Source: Antedon mediterranea (taxonomy: Eukaryota > Animalia > Echinodermata). From it: a stretch of 64,000 nt of DNA. Below, one piece after another: positions 36,901 to 45,167 of this stretch (position 1 is its first letter; each line of letters begins with the position of its first letter). The stretch covers positions 15,398,101 to 15,462,100 of the forward strand of contig NC_092677.1 of the NCBI RefSeq assembly GCF_964355755.1. Direction: 5' to 3'. A program made the translations under genes and the position numbers. The notes under the pieces were generated by a model, which had not been told where the DNA came from, searched no databases, and saw nothing but the letters and a program-made list of their open reading frames with translations.

Positions 36901-39900
36901 AACTTAGTTCTAAAAATACAATAACTTGTTACACATGTATTGTTGTTTTGTTTAGGTCAGAATGCTTGTGTCAACAACATTTGTCAGAATGGAGGAGTTT
37001 GTAACACTGTTGCTGGTTCTTGTACTGCATACACATGTACCTGCAGTGGATGTTACACAGGAGCATTCTGTGAAACAGGTAAACAATTATACTTCTACAG
37101 TCATTCTCTGGTGTGATGATAACGTCTAAAATAGTCTTCATTCGATTAACACAAATATCTGCTACAGTAATGAATCTACATGTACCACTGTTTGGATATT
37201 GTACCCGTTTTATTCAATAGAAAAGTAGTGCGTGTATTCTGCTGCTCAATGTTTATCCCCCAGATATTTCATTTTCAAGTCATATTTATTTAAAACACTG
37301 TAAAAAGTAATAAACAATAATTCAATGAAAGTTAGATATTCTGAATGCAAGGTTTTTTTTTTGTATTTTTTTAAACAGATACCAGTGCTTGCGCAACAGA
37401 TATTTGTCAAAACGGAGGAACCTGTATTATTGGAGCTACGTGTACACAATTCTCTTGTTCCTGTCCGGCTTGTTCTAGTGGTTTCATGTGTGACGTCAGT
37501 AAGTTTATATATATATATATATATAAGTAACAACGTATCTGTTGTGTCATATGCGCAACCAGTAAGTTCAGAGACGTAGAAAAAAATGCACGTGGTGACA
37601 TTGTTCTTCCACATCATCGTCATCCACATAATAATAAATGAAAAAGAATGTATTAAAAATTAAAAGTTGGCTCATTTTTGTATAAGATGTAATGGTAATA
37701 ATTAAAAAAGATACACTTTTCCCTCCTCACCCCCTAACAAAAGAATTTTTTAACCAAAAAACTTCTTTCGATTTTATTATCTCAATTTAGATTTTTACTT
37801 ATTTATGTTTATCTCCCTTGATTAATACACAGTAACATTTTTGCTATTTAAAAAATAATGTTTGTAAATCTAACGATAATAATCTAAGTCTAATTTCTTC
37901 TGGTACTTAGTTGATTGATTTAAATGAACGTACTTCCTTTTTTAATACCTTATTCATTTGTTTTATTGTTATTGATTGAGTGAAGTGAAAATAGTCTAGG
38001 CTATAGGGCCTACATATATATATATATATATTTATAAAATGTAGTATTCATTTGTTTTATTGTTGCTGATTGAAAGAAAGAAAATAAATGATTACGTTGA
38101 ATTGAATTGAATTGAAGTTATATTTATTATCAAAGTATTATAACAATTACGATTGTTTTGATTATTTATGAACAATTTAGTTACTAATGCGTGCAGCAAC
38201 AACCCTTGTTTGAACGGTGGACAATGTCAGACATCAACCGATTCATGCAATGCATTTTCATGTATTTGCCCTTCTGGCTTTTCTGGTACAGTATGCGAGG
38301 GTAAGTCTTATTTCTTTTTTTTTGTAATGGTTGAGTTAGTTTAACTAAATGTTTAGCTACAGGATGATATATAGCTAGCACCTGAATGAATATGTGCGCT
38401 ATATAAGTTTTTATTATTATTGCTATTACTATGAGTTTCTTTGTCATCAAAACAAATATTTATAAGAAATAATACATAAAAAGAAAAGCTCAAAACAGCT
38501 TGTGAACAAAAGACTAGACTATGTAAAAAGTAAAATACTACCGATAAAATTGTCACTTAATATGAACAAGGCCATATACATGGCTGCAGTTGCGTGCGCA
38601 AATTTGAGTTAGTGTTTACCGACCGACCGACATAGTGAGCTGTAGAGTCGCGTTTGCACGCGACTAAAAATAATAACAATACTCCATAATTATCAAAACT
38701 GCAGTCTTTCTTATCTAAATCTTTGTGTACGTTGTATTCTTTTAATCTGTGAAAACATGTGGAAATAAATATCTAGGATAGTATTAGTTTCATAATTTGT
38801 GAATTCCTTTCACAAGTTGTGAAAGTAATTTTATTAAATTATTTCAAATTAAAATTTAAAAACAATAATAAGTGTAAATATCATTCATATCTAACGATAG
38901 TATATTTCATTATTTGATTGTTTTTATGTATCCCACACACTATGTTTAATTATTATTATTATTAAAGATACTTTATGAAAATAATTCAAAAAATAAATCA
39001 AATAGAAATAATAATGTTGTATTTAATAGTTTCAACAGGTCCCTGTAGTAGTTCTCCTTGTCTGAACGGAGGTCAGTGTACTGACTTTACAACATTTTAT
39101 ACCTGTGCCTGTCCAACTTCATACACTGGTACAAGATGTGAAATATTTTGTAAGTTATATTGAAAAATATACAAATTGTCCAAAATAAATGTCATGGTTC
39201 AGTATTATTTTCAATTTTAAGATAGTTCGTCTTGTATCTTTTTTTTCTTTTCCATTTATTGCTCTTTAAAAATCATCACACGAGAATTGTCTCATAATGA
39301 CAACAAAGCATGATCATTTAAGTTAACAATATTTTTGCTTGTTTATAGTACAACCATGCAGTTCAAACCCATGTCTTAACGGTGGTGTGTGCCTTCAATC
39401 TGGAACAATGTACATGTGCGCATGTGATACTGGATACATTGGGACAAATTGCGAGACTTTCAGCGGAAGTAAGTATCTCAACAAATAAAAGCAAAATTAG
39501 TCATTGTTTTCTTTTTCTAGAAAACCAACAAAATGAAGATTTAAAGATATTTTGTTTTTGAGTAGTTGAATCATTTTAGTGGAAACATTTTTGTTTATTG
39601 TTTCTGTTTATTTATTTTTAAAGTCTTGGAAATTAAGTTACTTATGAATTGATTTCTAAGTAAGTAAATTCTGGCACTTTCAAATTAAAGAATTGATTGA
39701 TTCAACAGTGTTTGGTAAAGGTGCTTCTATAATAGGAAAAAATTCAGAAACTCAAAATAGGCCTAAAAAATTACATTATTGACTGATAACATTTGAATGT
39801 GACAATGTAAGTAGGCCTAGTATTACTGGGTGTTAACTTCATTAACCCAACCAACAAATATGATAAAATGTGGTAATAGTTGTTTGTTGTTATTACAGCG

Positions 39901-41900
39901 AGTCCATGTGATTCAAATCCATGCCAGAATGGAGGTGTCTGTAGTCTAACTACTACATCAACTTATATGTGTATGTGCTCTGGAAGTTACATAGGAACCA
40001 ACTGTGAAACATGTATGTAAGATGTTTTTTTTTTCTAATTTTTTTTGGCTTCAAATTCATTTAGTGTACGGAAAACATAACAACTAAAGACGAAGCTTAA
40101 TTCTATTTTACTCTGTCTACTTAACGTTGCCAAAGAATAAGAACATTTTTTATTTTTAAATTATACATCAGGGAATAGTGAAATTAATCACCCTTTCCTG
40201 GGTTAATGAACACAGGTTACAGGCACAAAAATATACTTAAAATACACAGCGAACAATGTCTTTTCTTCAGTTCTTTTTAAATTAAAGATAAACACAAATT
40301 AGCTCGGCCTATTTATCATAACTTGCTGTTGATTTTAAACTTGTCTACGCTTTGCCTCGGCTTGATTGTTGTAACTTGTTATTTACCCGTGCAAAACATC
40401 AAATAAATGTAATAATTGATGTTTTTCTCAGTTTCTGATGTCAACTCATGCGACAGTAGCCCTTGTCCAGCTGGTCAATTATGCTTCTATACACCAGTAA
40501 TGTACCTTTGTACGGATTCAGGTAAGCCTATCACAATTTCAATTAATTCTCAGTGCTGTTTCTTCACATATGGCAACTTGTGTACAGTATAATAATTATA
40601 ATTTCGTAATTGCTAAAAAAAAATCTGTAAAACGTTACCTATAAGCCATTTAAACAACTTACTTTTGTTATGCTCAATATTTTATCTGTTTCGTTTTTTG
40701 ACCTTTTTTGTATTGTTTTATAAAATATTTCTTTTTTGTATTGTTGCATATTTGTATTGTAGGGGCCCTCATGAGACAAGCTATTGCTTCTAGTGCGGCC
40801 CCAGTTATTGTCAAAAATCTGAACACATGTGTATGAATAAATGAATGAATTAATGAATACAGGAGTCAAATGATTCCTGTATCATGTAATTTTTATTTCA
40901 ATATTTTTGTTATAGCTACTACTGGAAGGCGTCGCAGAGATGTTGAAAGTGAGTTTTCATTGCATAGTGTTCATCTTTTTTATATATAGATGTGTTGTTG
41001 AATATTCAATTTAAATACATTTTTTTGCATCCAAAAGTAATAAATAGTAGGGTAGGGTCAACTACAATTAGTGAAGGCAGATTCTCAAAAGTTGGCGAAA
41101 AACAAATTTGATTCAAAAGGAATGCAATTGTAAAAATTAAATTAAAAATAAAATAAATAACTCAATAAATGAATAAATACCTAACCACAATCAGAAAATG
41201 ATTCCAATATTTTAAAAAGATAGTAATATTCATCACTGTGTAAATGATTGTTTCAGTTTCGTTGGAGTTGCCAGGCTATTCCAGGGCTTGCTCTCCCAAT
41301 CCATGTAATAACGGTGGTTCATGTGACCCTTTTGAAGTTGATGGCCGTGAATTATTTCTATGTCAGTGTTTACCTGGATGGAATGGACCAAGGTGTATGA
41401 ATGGCAAGTACACGTTGGGTGTAATCACATTCCTTGTTTTTTGTTATGTTTGTAAATCTGTTTATCCCCATACAACATTAAGATTAGTTAATGAGAAGGC
41501 TGCTAAATCAGCCAATATCATTAACAGCTATGTTGTTATCTGGCCTCTTGTCTCCAAACTGTATAAATATACTAAAATATATAATAATTCAAGTAGCTAC
41601 TTTTGATCAAAAGCAATTGTTGGAATGTGCTACAGCTATACAGGCATCTCACGATATTTAAATGTTCTGCCACTACCGAATGAATGTAATAAACGTCATT
41701 GATTGGTTACAGCTGTGGAAAACGGTACGTCTGATCGTGAAGATCCGCAAGATCAAGATCAAGATTACATCCACTATACAATGGTGATTGTACTTTGTAC
41801 ATTGACTGTGGTTGTATTGGGGTTACTTCTGATGTTGAGCTGTGTCATCATCGCCAAACGAAGTAGCATAGTTAAGGACAAGATTGCTTTGGTCAACTAG
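6755..41900 (+). CDS. Multi-exon gene for a giant type I membrane protein: Kunitz/EGF region, ~31 8-Cys EGF repeats, EGF x3, furin site, EGF, TM (Notch/fibropellin-like EGF repeat protein; 5' end not identified)
   Basis: More than 50 exons with AG/GT boundaries, all phase 1-1 and a multiple of 3 in length, splice in frame to stop TAG 41898-41900. AATAAA at 42116. The first visible exon starts at a splice acceptor, so the start/signal exon lies upstream. Confidence 0.9.
7164..7277 (+). CDS. 6-Cys EGF exon
   Basis: [37 protein letters not shown]; AG/GT, 114 nt. Confidence 0.9.
   Translation: MLHVIALLVLMEVLVPTLIQATVVHVQVCILAQCVKH
7500..7970 (+). mobile_element. Degenerate Tx1/L1 ORF2 fragment in intron
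   Basis: The LWENKLI...SLYFK and IPNEWK-like segments resemble the Tx1 copy at 34007-34441 (LWGNSLI...IPKEWK). Broken by stops and frameshifts. Confidence 0.55.
7975..8190 (-). mobile_element. LINE 3' UTR fragment (same family as 3520-3740)
   Basis: Near-identical to 3530-3730 (GTTTATGG..AAGAcACACAGAAGCCAA..GTGGCTTGT..AAGCATAAA..CAAAGTGAGAT). Confidence 0.7.
8953..9075 (+). CDS. 6-Cys EGF exon
   Basis: [40 protein letters not shown]; 123 nt. Confidence 0.9.
9204..9359 (+). CDS. Kunitz domain exon K2 (identical to K1)
   Basis: Same 156-nt sequence as 6755-6910; AG/GT. Confidence 0.9.
9571..9684 (+). CDS. 6-Cys EGF exon
   Basis: [37 protein letters not shown]. Confidence 0.9.
   Translation, partial: LLHVIVLLVLMEVLVPTLIQATVVHVQVCILAQGVKH
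10001..10123 (+). CDS. 6-Cys EGF exon
   Basis: [40 protein letters not shown]; AG/GT. Confidence 0.88.
10324..10365 (-). ncRNA. Minimal type I hammerhead ribozyme motif (Penelope-like element remnant)
   Basis: Minus strand reads UUGCA-CUGAUGA-A-GGGC(UAGUGUU)GCCC-GAAAGCUC-UGCUAA: core CUGAUGA/GAAA, 4-bp stem II, palindromic AGCU helix III, UC cleavage site. Confidence 0.65.
10564..10680 (+). CDS. 6-Cys EGF exon
   Basis: [39 protein letters not shown]; donor gtaagt. Confidence 0.88.
10894..11058 (+). CDS. Kunitz domain exon K3
   Basis: [55 protein letters not shown]; donor gtaaga. Confidence 0.88.
11140..11340 (+). mobile_element. Degenerate tRNA-derived SINE-like sequence
   Basis: B-box-like GGTTCAAGTCC near 11193, preceded by an A-box-like segment; no intact cloverleaf. 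Confidence 0.35.
11632..11751 (+). CDS. 6-Cys EGF exon
   Basis: [39 protein letters not shown]. Confidence 0.88.
12149..12265 (+). CDS. 6-Cys EGF exon
   Basis: [38 protein letters not shown]. Confidence 0.88.
12590..12706 (+). CDS. 6-Cys EGF exon
   Basis: [38 protein letters not shown]. Confidence 0.88.
13243..13365 (+). CDS. 6-Cys EGF exon
   Basis: [40 protein letters not shown]; donor gtaagt. Confidence 0.88.
13987..14028 (-). ncRNA. Second copy of the minimal hammerhead ribozyme motif
   Basis: Identical to 10324-10365, with shared flank GTGAAGGAATTTGGA. Confidence 0.65.
14153..15824 (-). mobile_element. Non-autonomous canonical Helitron
   Basis: On the minus strand it begins A|TC (15824) and ends CTAG|T (14153), with a GC-rich 3' hairpin GATGGTACGCGAGCGAAGCGAGCGTGCCATC and no TSD. 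Internal tandem duplications of ~265 bp (~14725-15255) and ~113 bp (~15398-15625). Confidence 0.8.
15958..16802 (-). mobile_element. Long DINE-1/HINE-like element with two (GTCY)n microsatellite tracts
   Basis: Same termini as the short family (TTTTAGTCGCGTG...GGCCTTGTT). The internal 16165-16650 segment is the reverse complement of the core of the 24680-27952 elements. Confidence 0.7.
17355..17522 (+). CDS. Kunitz domain exon K4
   Basis: [55 protein letters not shown]; ccag|...G|gtaagt. Confidence 0.88.
17571..18638 (+). mobile_element. 5'-truncated, frameshifted RTE-clade LINE
   Basis: Translates [21 protein letters not shown]...TYADHVD...VGSLLG...RGRPR; ends in an (ATC)n tail. Confidence 0.8.
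18693..18809 (+). CDS. 6-Cys EGF exon (TAGTAG tandem acceptor; alternative start 18690)
   Basis: [38 protein letters not shown]. Confidence 0.88.
   Translation, partial: SQLHVIVLLVLMEVLVPTLLQATVVHVQVRILAQGVKH
19194..22545. mobile_element. Foldback DNA element with long inverted arms built of ~360-bp subrepeats
   Basis: Termini GGCTAGTCAATCTAGCA / TGCTAGATTGACTAGCC flanked by TA. ~19194-20350 is the reverse complement of ~21410-22545. Confidence 0.85.
23101..23256 (+). pseudogene. Decayed Kunitz exon K5 (last Cys changed to Arg; donor GT changed to CT)
   Basis: [52 protein letters not shown]|ctaaat; read-through stop TAA at 23271-23273. Confidence 0.75.
23376..23489 (+). CDS. 7-Cys EGF exon (N-terminal cap of the 8-Cys array)
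   Basis: [37 protein letters not shown]; the extra Cys is only in the C5-C6 loop. Confidence 0.88.
   Translation, partial: ALIHVVLLLVKMVGYVILLEQALPARALVVGLEITVK
23770..24621 (+). CDS. 8-Cys EGF exons A/B/A/B: 23770-23892, 24013-24135, 24257-24379, 24499-24621
   Basis: A = [40 protein letters not shown]; B = [40 protein letters not shown]; each 123 nt, AG/GT. Confidence 0.9.
24680..27952 (+). mobile_element. Tandem pair of HINE/DINE-like Helentron derivatives (24680-26129, 26130-27952)
   Basis: 5' subTIR AGGTTATATGCAT (24680-24692) with adjacent inverse copy (24699-24711). 3' subTIR ATGCATATAACCT (26086, 27909) is followed by stem-loop AATTCGTCA..TGACGAATT and (C/A)TAG-TT. Inserted in a T-rich intron site. 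Confidence 0.8.
26493..26909. mobile_element. P-element-like MITE nested in the second HINE copy
   Basis: Absent from copy 1. 7-bp TSD GTTTCAG (26486-26492, 26910-26916). Imperfect TIRs CAAAGA.../...TCTTTG. Internal hairpin at 26781-26838. Confidence 0.7.
28041..31575 (+). CDS. Homogenised 8-Cys EGF A/B exon array: 28041-28163, (28284-28406 has a stop), 28528-28650, 28771-28893, 29015-29137, 29258-29380, 29502-29624, 29745-29867, 29989-30111, 30232-30354, 30477-30599, 30720-30842, 30965-31087, 31208-31330, 31453-31575
   Basis: 123-nt exons with AG/GT in a 487-488-bp tandem unit that includes the introns. Confidence 0.9.
28284..28406 (+). pseudogene. B-type EGF exon with an in-frame premature stop
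   Basis: GGA changed to TGA at 28319-28321; the twin copy 29258-29380 has GGA. Confidence 0.75.
31696..31769 (+). pseudogene. Truncated B-type EGF exon (3' half and donor deleted)
   Basis: [25 protein letters not shown] then jumps into intron sequence (TACCAAC..TTGCAAG). Confidence 0.7.
31864..32619 (+). CDS. 8-Cys EGF exons 31864-31986, 32259-32381, 32497-32619 (plus possible 24-nt micro-exon 32107-32130)
   Basis: 123-nt exons with AG/GT and the same 8-Cys spacing. Confidence 0.87.
32760..34477 (-). mobile_element. 5'-truncated Tx1/L1-clade LINE in intron
   Basis: Minus ORFs 34007-34441 and 33544-33996 ([13 protein letters not shown]...CKKC...H...C). T-run at ~32758-32767. TSD TTCCGTTGTT at 32750-32759 and 34478-34487. 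Confidence 0.88.
34726..37498 (+). CDS. Older, diverged 8-Cys EGF exons: 34726-34848, 35112-35234, 35335-35457, 35693-35815, 35935-36057, 36174-36296, 36388-36510, 36733-36855, 36956-37078, 37379-37498
   Basis: All retain 8 Cys and AG/GT; the introns have diverged. A decayed exon lies at ~36565-36658. Confidence 0.9.
38181..38300 (+). CDS. 7-Cys EGF exon (C-terminal cap of the 8-Cys array)
   Basis: [39 protein letters not shown]; the extra Cys is only in the C3-C4 hairpin, with normal PSGF. Confidence 0.9.
38565..38670 (-). mobile_element. Short DINE/HINE-like element
   Basis: Reverse-complement homologue of 5941-6042. Confidence 0.6.
39030..39149 (+). CDS. 6-Cys EGF exon
   Basis: [39 protein letters not shown]. 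Confidence 0.88.
39349..39468 (+). CDS. 6-Cys EGF exon
   Basis: [39 protein letters not shown]; donor gtaagt. Confidence 0.88.
39899..40012 (+). CDS. 6-Cys EGF exon
   Basis: [37 protein letters not shown]. Confidence 0.88.
40432..40521 (+). CDS. 4-Cys half-EGF exon
   Basis: [29 protein letters not shown]; ctcag|...G|gtaagc, 90 nt. Confidence 0.8.
40740..40860 (+). mobile_element. CR1/L2-type LINE 3' end
   Basis: GGGGCC...GGCCCC stem followed by an AATAAATGAATGAA tail. Confidence 0.5.
40916..40948 (+). CDS. 33-nt micro-exon encoding a furin site ([11 protein letters not shown])
   Basis: Polypyrimidine + tatag acceptor and gtgagt donor, phase 1-1. Confidence 0.8.
41257..41403 (+). CDS. Juxtamembrane EGF exon with a GC donor
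   Basis: [49 protein letters not shown]|gcaagt. Confidence 0.82.
41713..41900 (+). CDS. Terminal exon: acidic stalk, TM helix, short cytoplasmic tail
   Basis: [62 protein letters not shown]. Confidence 0.85.
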
Positions 41901-42115
41901 ATTCGACATGCTTGTTGGGTCGTGGGTTGGTAGGTTTGTCCACAGTCGGATCGGATTATGTTTATAATCACATTATACCACCCTCGTATTACGATAATCT
42001 AATGTTAGTGATATTAAATAGCAAAGACGAGTTTTATATTAGACAGTGTTTTTATATATTTAAAAAAATTACTATTAAAATGGTTGGTATGCTAACTAAA
42101 TAGTTGACCAAATTT

Positions 42116-42121
42116 AATAAA
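42116..42121 (+). terminator. Candidate polyadenylation signal AATAAA of the EGF/Kunitz gene
   Basis: About 215 nt after the stop, followed by GT-rich sequence. Confidence 0.45.
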
Positions 42122-42794
42122 CTGTTAAGTTTATGTTGGAGCTCATTAAATCACTCAAACTTGTTAGAAATATTGTTTAATTACATGATAATAGTTTTAG
42201 GCATGTACTTAATTATTATTATTATTTTTAATCTTCGTGTACACAACCATAAATAAGTAATATTTAATATGCCTATTTTGAGTTAAATGTAAAAAAATAG
42301 AAAATGTATAATATTAGGCTTAATAGTAATATTATTCAAATGTTGCCATCGCCATTCGCTAATCATTTTTCCTTTCAATATTAATATTATTATTGTAGCT
42401 CTAATAAAATAGCTTGATAATGCAAATGTTTTGGTTTTATTTTTAGTGATTAGTACTAGAAACTAAAACAACAGCTAATGGTGAGCAATCAATCTTATAA
42501 CTGCTCATTAGCATAATAAGTATAGGCCTCGGTAGATTTTATTAGAGAGGTTTCGCAATCTTACGAATATGATAACGAAAACGGATACGTCACGCACACT
42601 TATTCGTTTTCGTAAGCCAGTAAAAATCTGTTTCGCGTGGTATCGAAATATTGAGGGCGCCGTCCAAAATATGACTGCGGTAAATTTGAGCGAAGAGAAG
42701 GTACGTATTGCTTGGTGCTTGGCTGCCTAGGCCTAGCGTAACGTCAGAGCGAGTGAGGACTTTAAAAACTGCTATTTATCTAAATTGACCTGGC

Positions 42795-45146
42795 TCCACA
42801 AATAATTCTAGGAGACTTCAACAAATGCACTTTGAAGGATGTGCTACCTACTTATGAACAAGCAATCTCTGTAGAAACAAGAGGCAGTGCTACACTGGAC
42901 TTATGCTACTGCAATGTGAAAAATGCATACACAAGCAAAATCTGTTCAAAACTTGGAAATTCTGATCATAACAATATACATATTATGCCAAAATACAAGA
43001 CAAAATTAAAACAGTCAAAACCAGTAGTTATACAACAGCAGTTGTGGAGTACAGAGGTGGTTGAAAAGTTGTGTGGCTGTCTAGCATGTACTGATTGGGA
43101 TATTATGCTCGATGTTGATGATACACTTGATGTAAGGGTATCTACAATCTCAGCATACATATCCTTTTGTGTTGATATGGCTATACCTAAAGTAACAAAA
43201 AAGATATATGCAAATGAAAAACCATGGATCTCTAACCAACTAAGGAAACTGTTACAAGATAAGCGTATAGCGCATAGAGGAAAAGATACTCCTAAAGTCA
43301 AGGAAATTCAAAAGGAAATAAACAAGTGTATAAAAAATAGTAAACTGAAATACAAAAAAACACTAGAAAATAAATTTAAAGACAAAAATCCTAAAGCAGC
43401 ATGGAAAGCAATTAAAACACTAACCGGCTACAAAGAAACCATATTGCGTGTACATGGAAGTGAGAACTTCGCTAATGACTTAAACAACTTTTTCTGTCGT
43501 TTTGAATCCGAGATATTAGTTACCAAAAATGAAAATGAAGACACAGAAATCCGCGAAAATGAGACTTCATTAGTAAACAATGCAGTCATAAATGTAGTTG
43601 ATGTGCGTAATGTATTCGCCAAAGTAAAGCCTGGTAAAAGTACTGGCCCTGATGGAATTGGAAATCGTGTTATTAAATACTGCAACCAAGAGTTGGCACC
43701 GATATATACCAAACTTTTTAATGAGAGTTTAGCAAGTGGTACAGTGCCCAATCAATGGAAAACGGCCTGTATCTCACCTATTCCTAAGATAAAAAATCCC
43801 AAGGAACTTAATGACTATAGGCCAATAGCTATCACATCCAATGTTGGTAAGTGCCTAGAAAAGATTGTACTTAGGCAGTTTCTTGATCAGACCAAATTGT
43901 TTCTCGATCCTCTCCAATTTGCCTATCAGAGTAATAGAAGTGTTGAAGATGCTGTGCTCTTCCACTTACATAATATTTACCAACATTTAGATGTGCCTAA
44001 ATCATATGTAAGATGTTTGTATATAGATTTTTCTAGTGCTTTTAATACCGTTGAACCTGGTTCATTAGTACGCAAACTTAAAGAAATGAACGTAAACGAC
44101 ACATTGACTTCATGGATATATAATTTCTTAACAAAAAGGTTCCAGTATGTTAAACTAAACGGTATTTTATCTGATAAAAGAACTGTTAGCATTGGCACGC
44201 CACAAGGGCCTGTTATCTCCCCAATGTTGTTTTCACTGTTCACCAGCAGTTTCAGAGCCAATTCAAATGAATGTTGTATAGTAAAATATGCAGATGACCC
44301 AGTCATCACTGGATACATTACTGGCAATGATGAAACAAGCTATAGACAACTAGGATGTGATTTTTATCACTGGTGCTGCAATAACAACCTGAAACTAAAC
44401 ATAAAGAAAACAAAAGAAATGCAAATTGATTTTAGGAAAATTAAAGAACCCTTAGAACCTCTGATTATAAATGAAAATGAGATTGAAGTAGTAAATGAGT
44501 ACAAATATCTGGGTTGTATAATTGACAATAAGCTAAATTGGATAAATAATGTAAATAAAGCCACATGCAAAGCCAACCAAAGGATGTTTATTTTAAGAAA
44601 AATGAAGTACCTACAAATTGACATAACTATACTTAAATTGTTTTATAACTCTGTAATTCTCAGTGTAATACTTTTTTGTAATGTTTGTTTTTATGGTAAT
44701 ACAATGCAAAAAAATAAAATTAAACTTAATCGAATAGGAAATAGAGCAATTAAACTAGTAGGAGAGCACTTACCTGATGTTGAATCCTTGTATAAAGAAA
44801 ATGTGTTAAAAAAAGTAAAAAGTATCATTGATGATGAAACACATCCTCTTCACAAACAATTTTGCTCTCATGAATTCTGGCATAAGACTACGTGCACTTA
44901 ATACCAAAACAAAACGGTTTTGGTGCTCGTTTGTACCTAATGCTATACACTTATATAACTCCAGAGTACAAAGGTAAAATGTAACCGATAATTTTTATCT
45001 AATTTTAACAATTTTTAGCCTCTTAACTTTTTGTGTGTGTTTTTGTAAATTATATTTTATATTTTTGTATTTTGCCAGTTTTCAAATCACATTTCTGTTT
45101 TTTAAATGGACAATAAAGTATATATGACTATGATGACTATGACTAT
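42795..45146 (+). mobile_element. 5'-truncated Rex1/Babar-like (CR1 group) LINE with a long RT ORF (42832-44901)
   Basis: APE C-terminal motifs (GDFN, TLDLCY, SDH). RT motifs LDPLQFAY, IDFSSAFNT, GTPQG, KYADD, KYLG, HPLH. Frameshift near 44865. AATAAA and a (GACTAT)n tail. Confidence 0.9.
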
Positions 45147-45167
45147 TTTAGTAAATTACTTTAGTAA

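Noticed and set aside
6755-41900. Calling the gene Notch, Delta/Serrate, Crumbs or fibropellin
   Set aside because: No LNR, ankyrin, DSL, LamG, CUB or avidin domain is visible, and the tail is only 14 aa. Similarity is limited to generic EGF repeats.
42832-44901. RT as a retron/DGR-like partner of the adjacent repeat arrays
   Set aside because: The motifs, APE remnant and microsatellite tail are those of an ordinary non-LTR retrotransposon. No template/variable repeat pattern is present.
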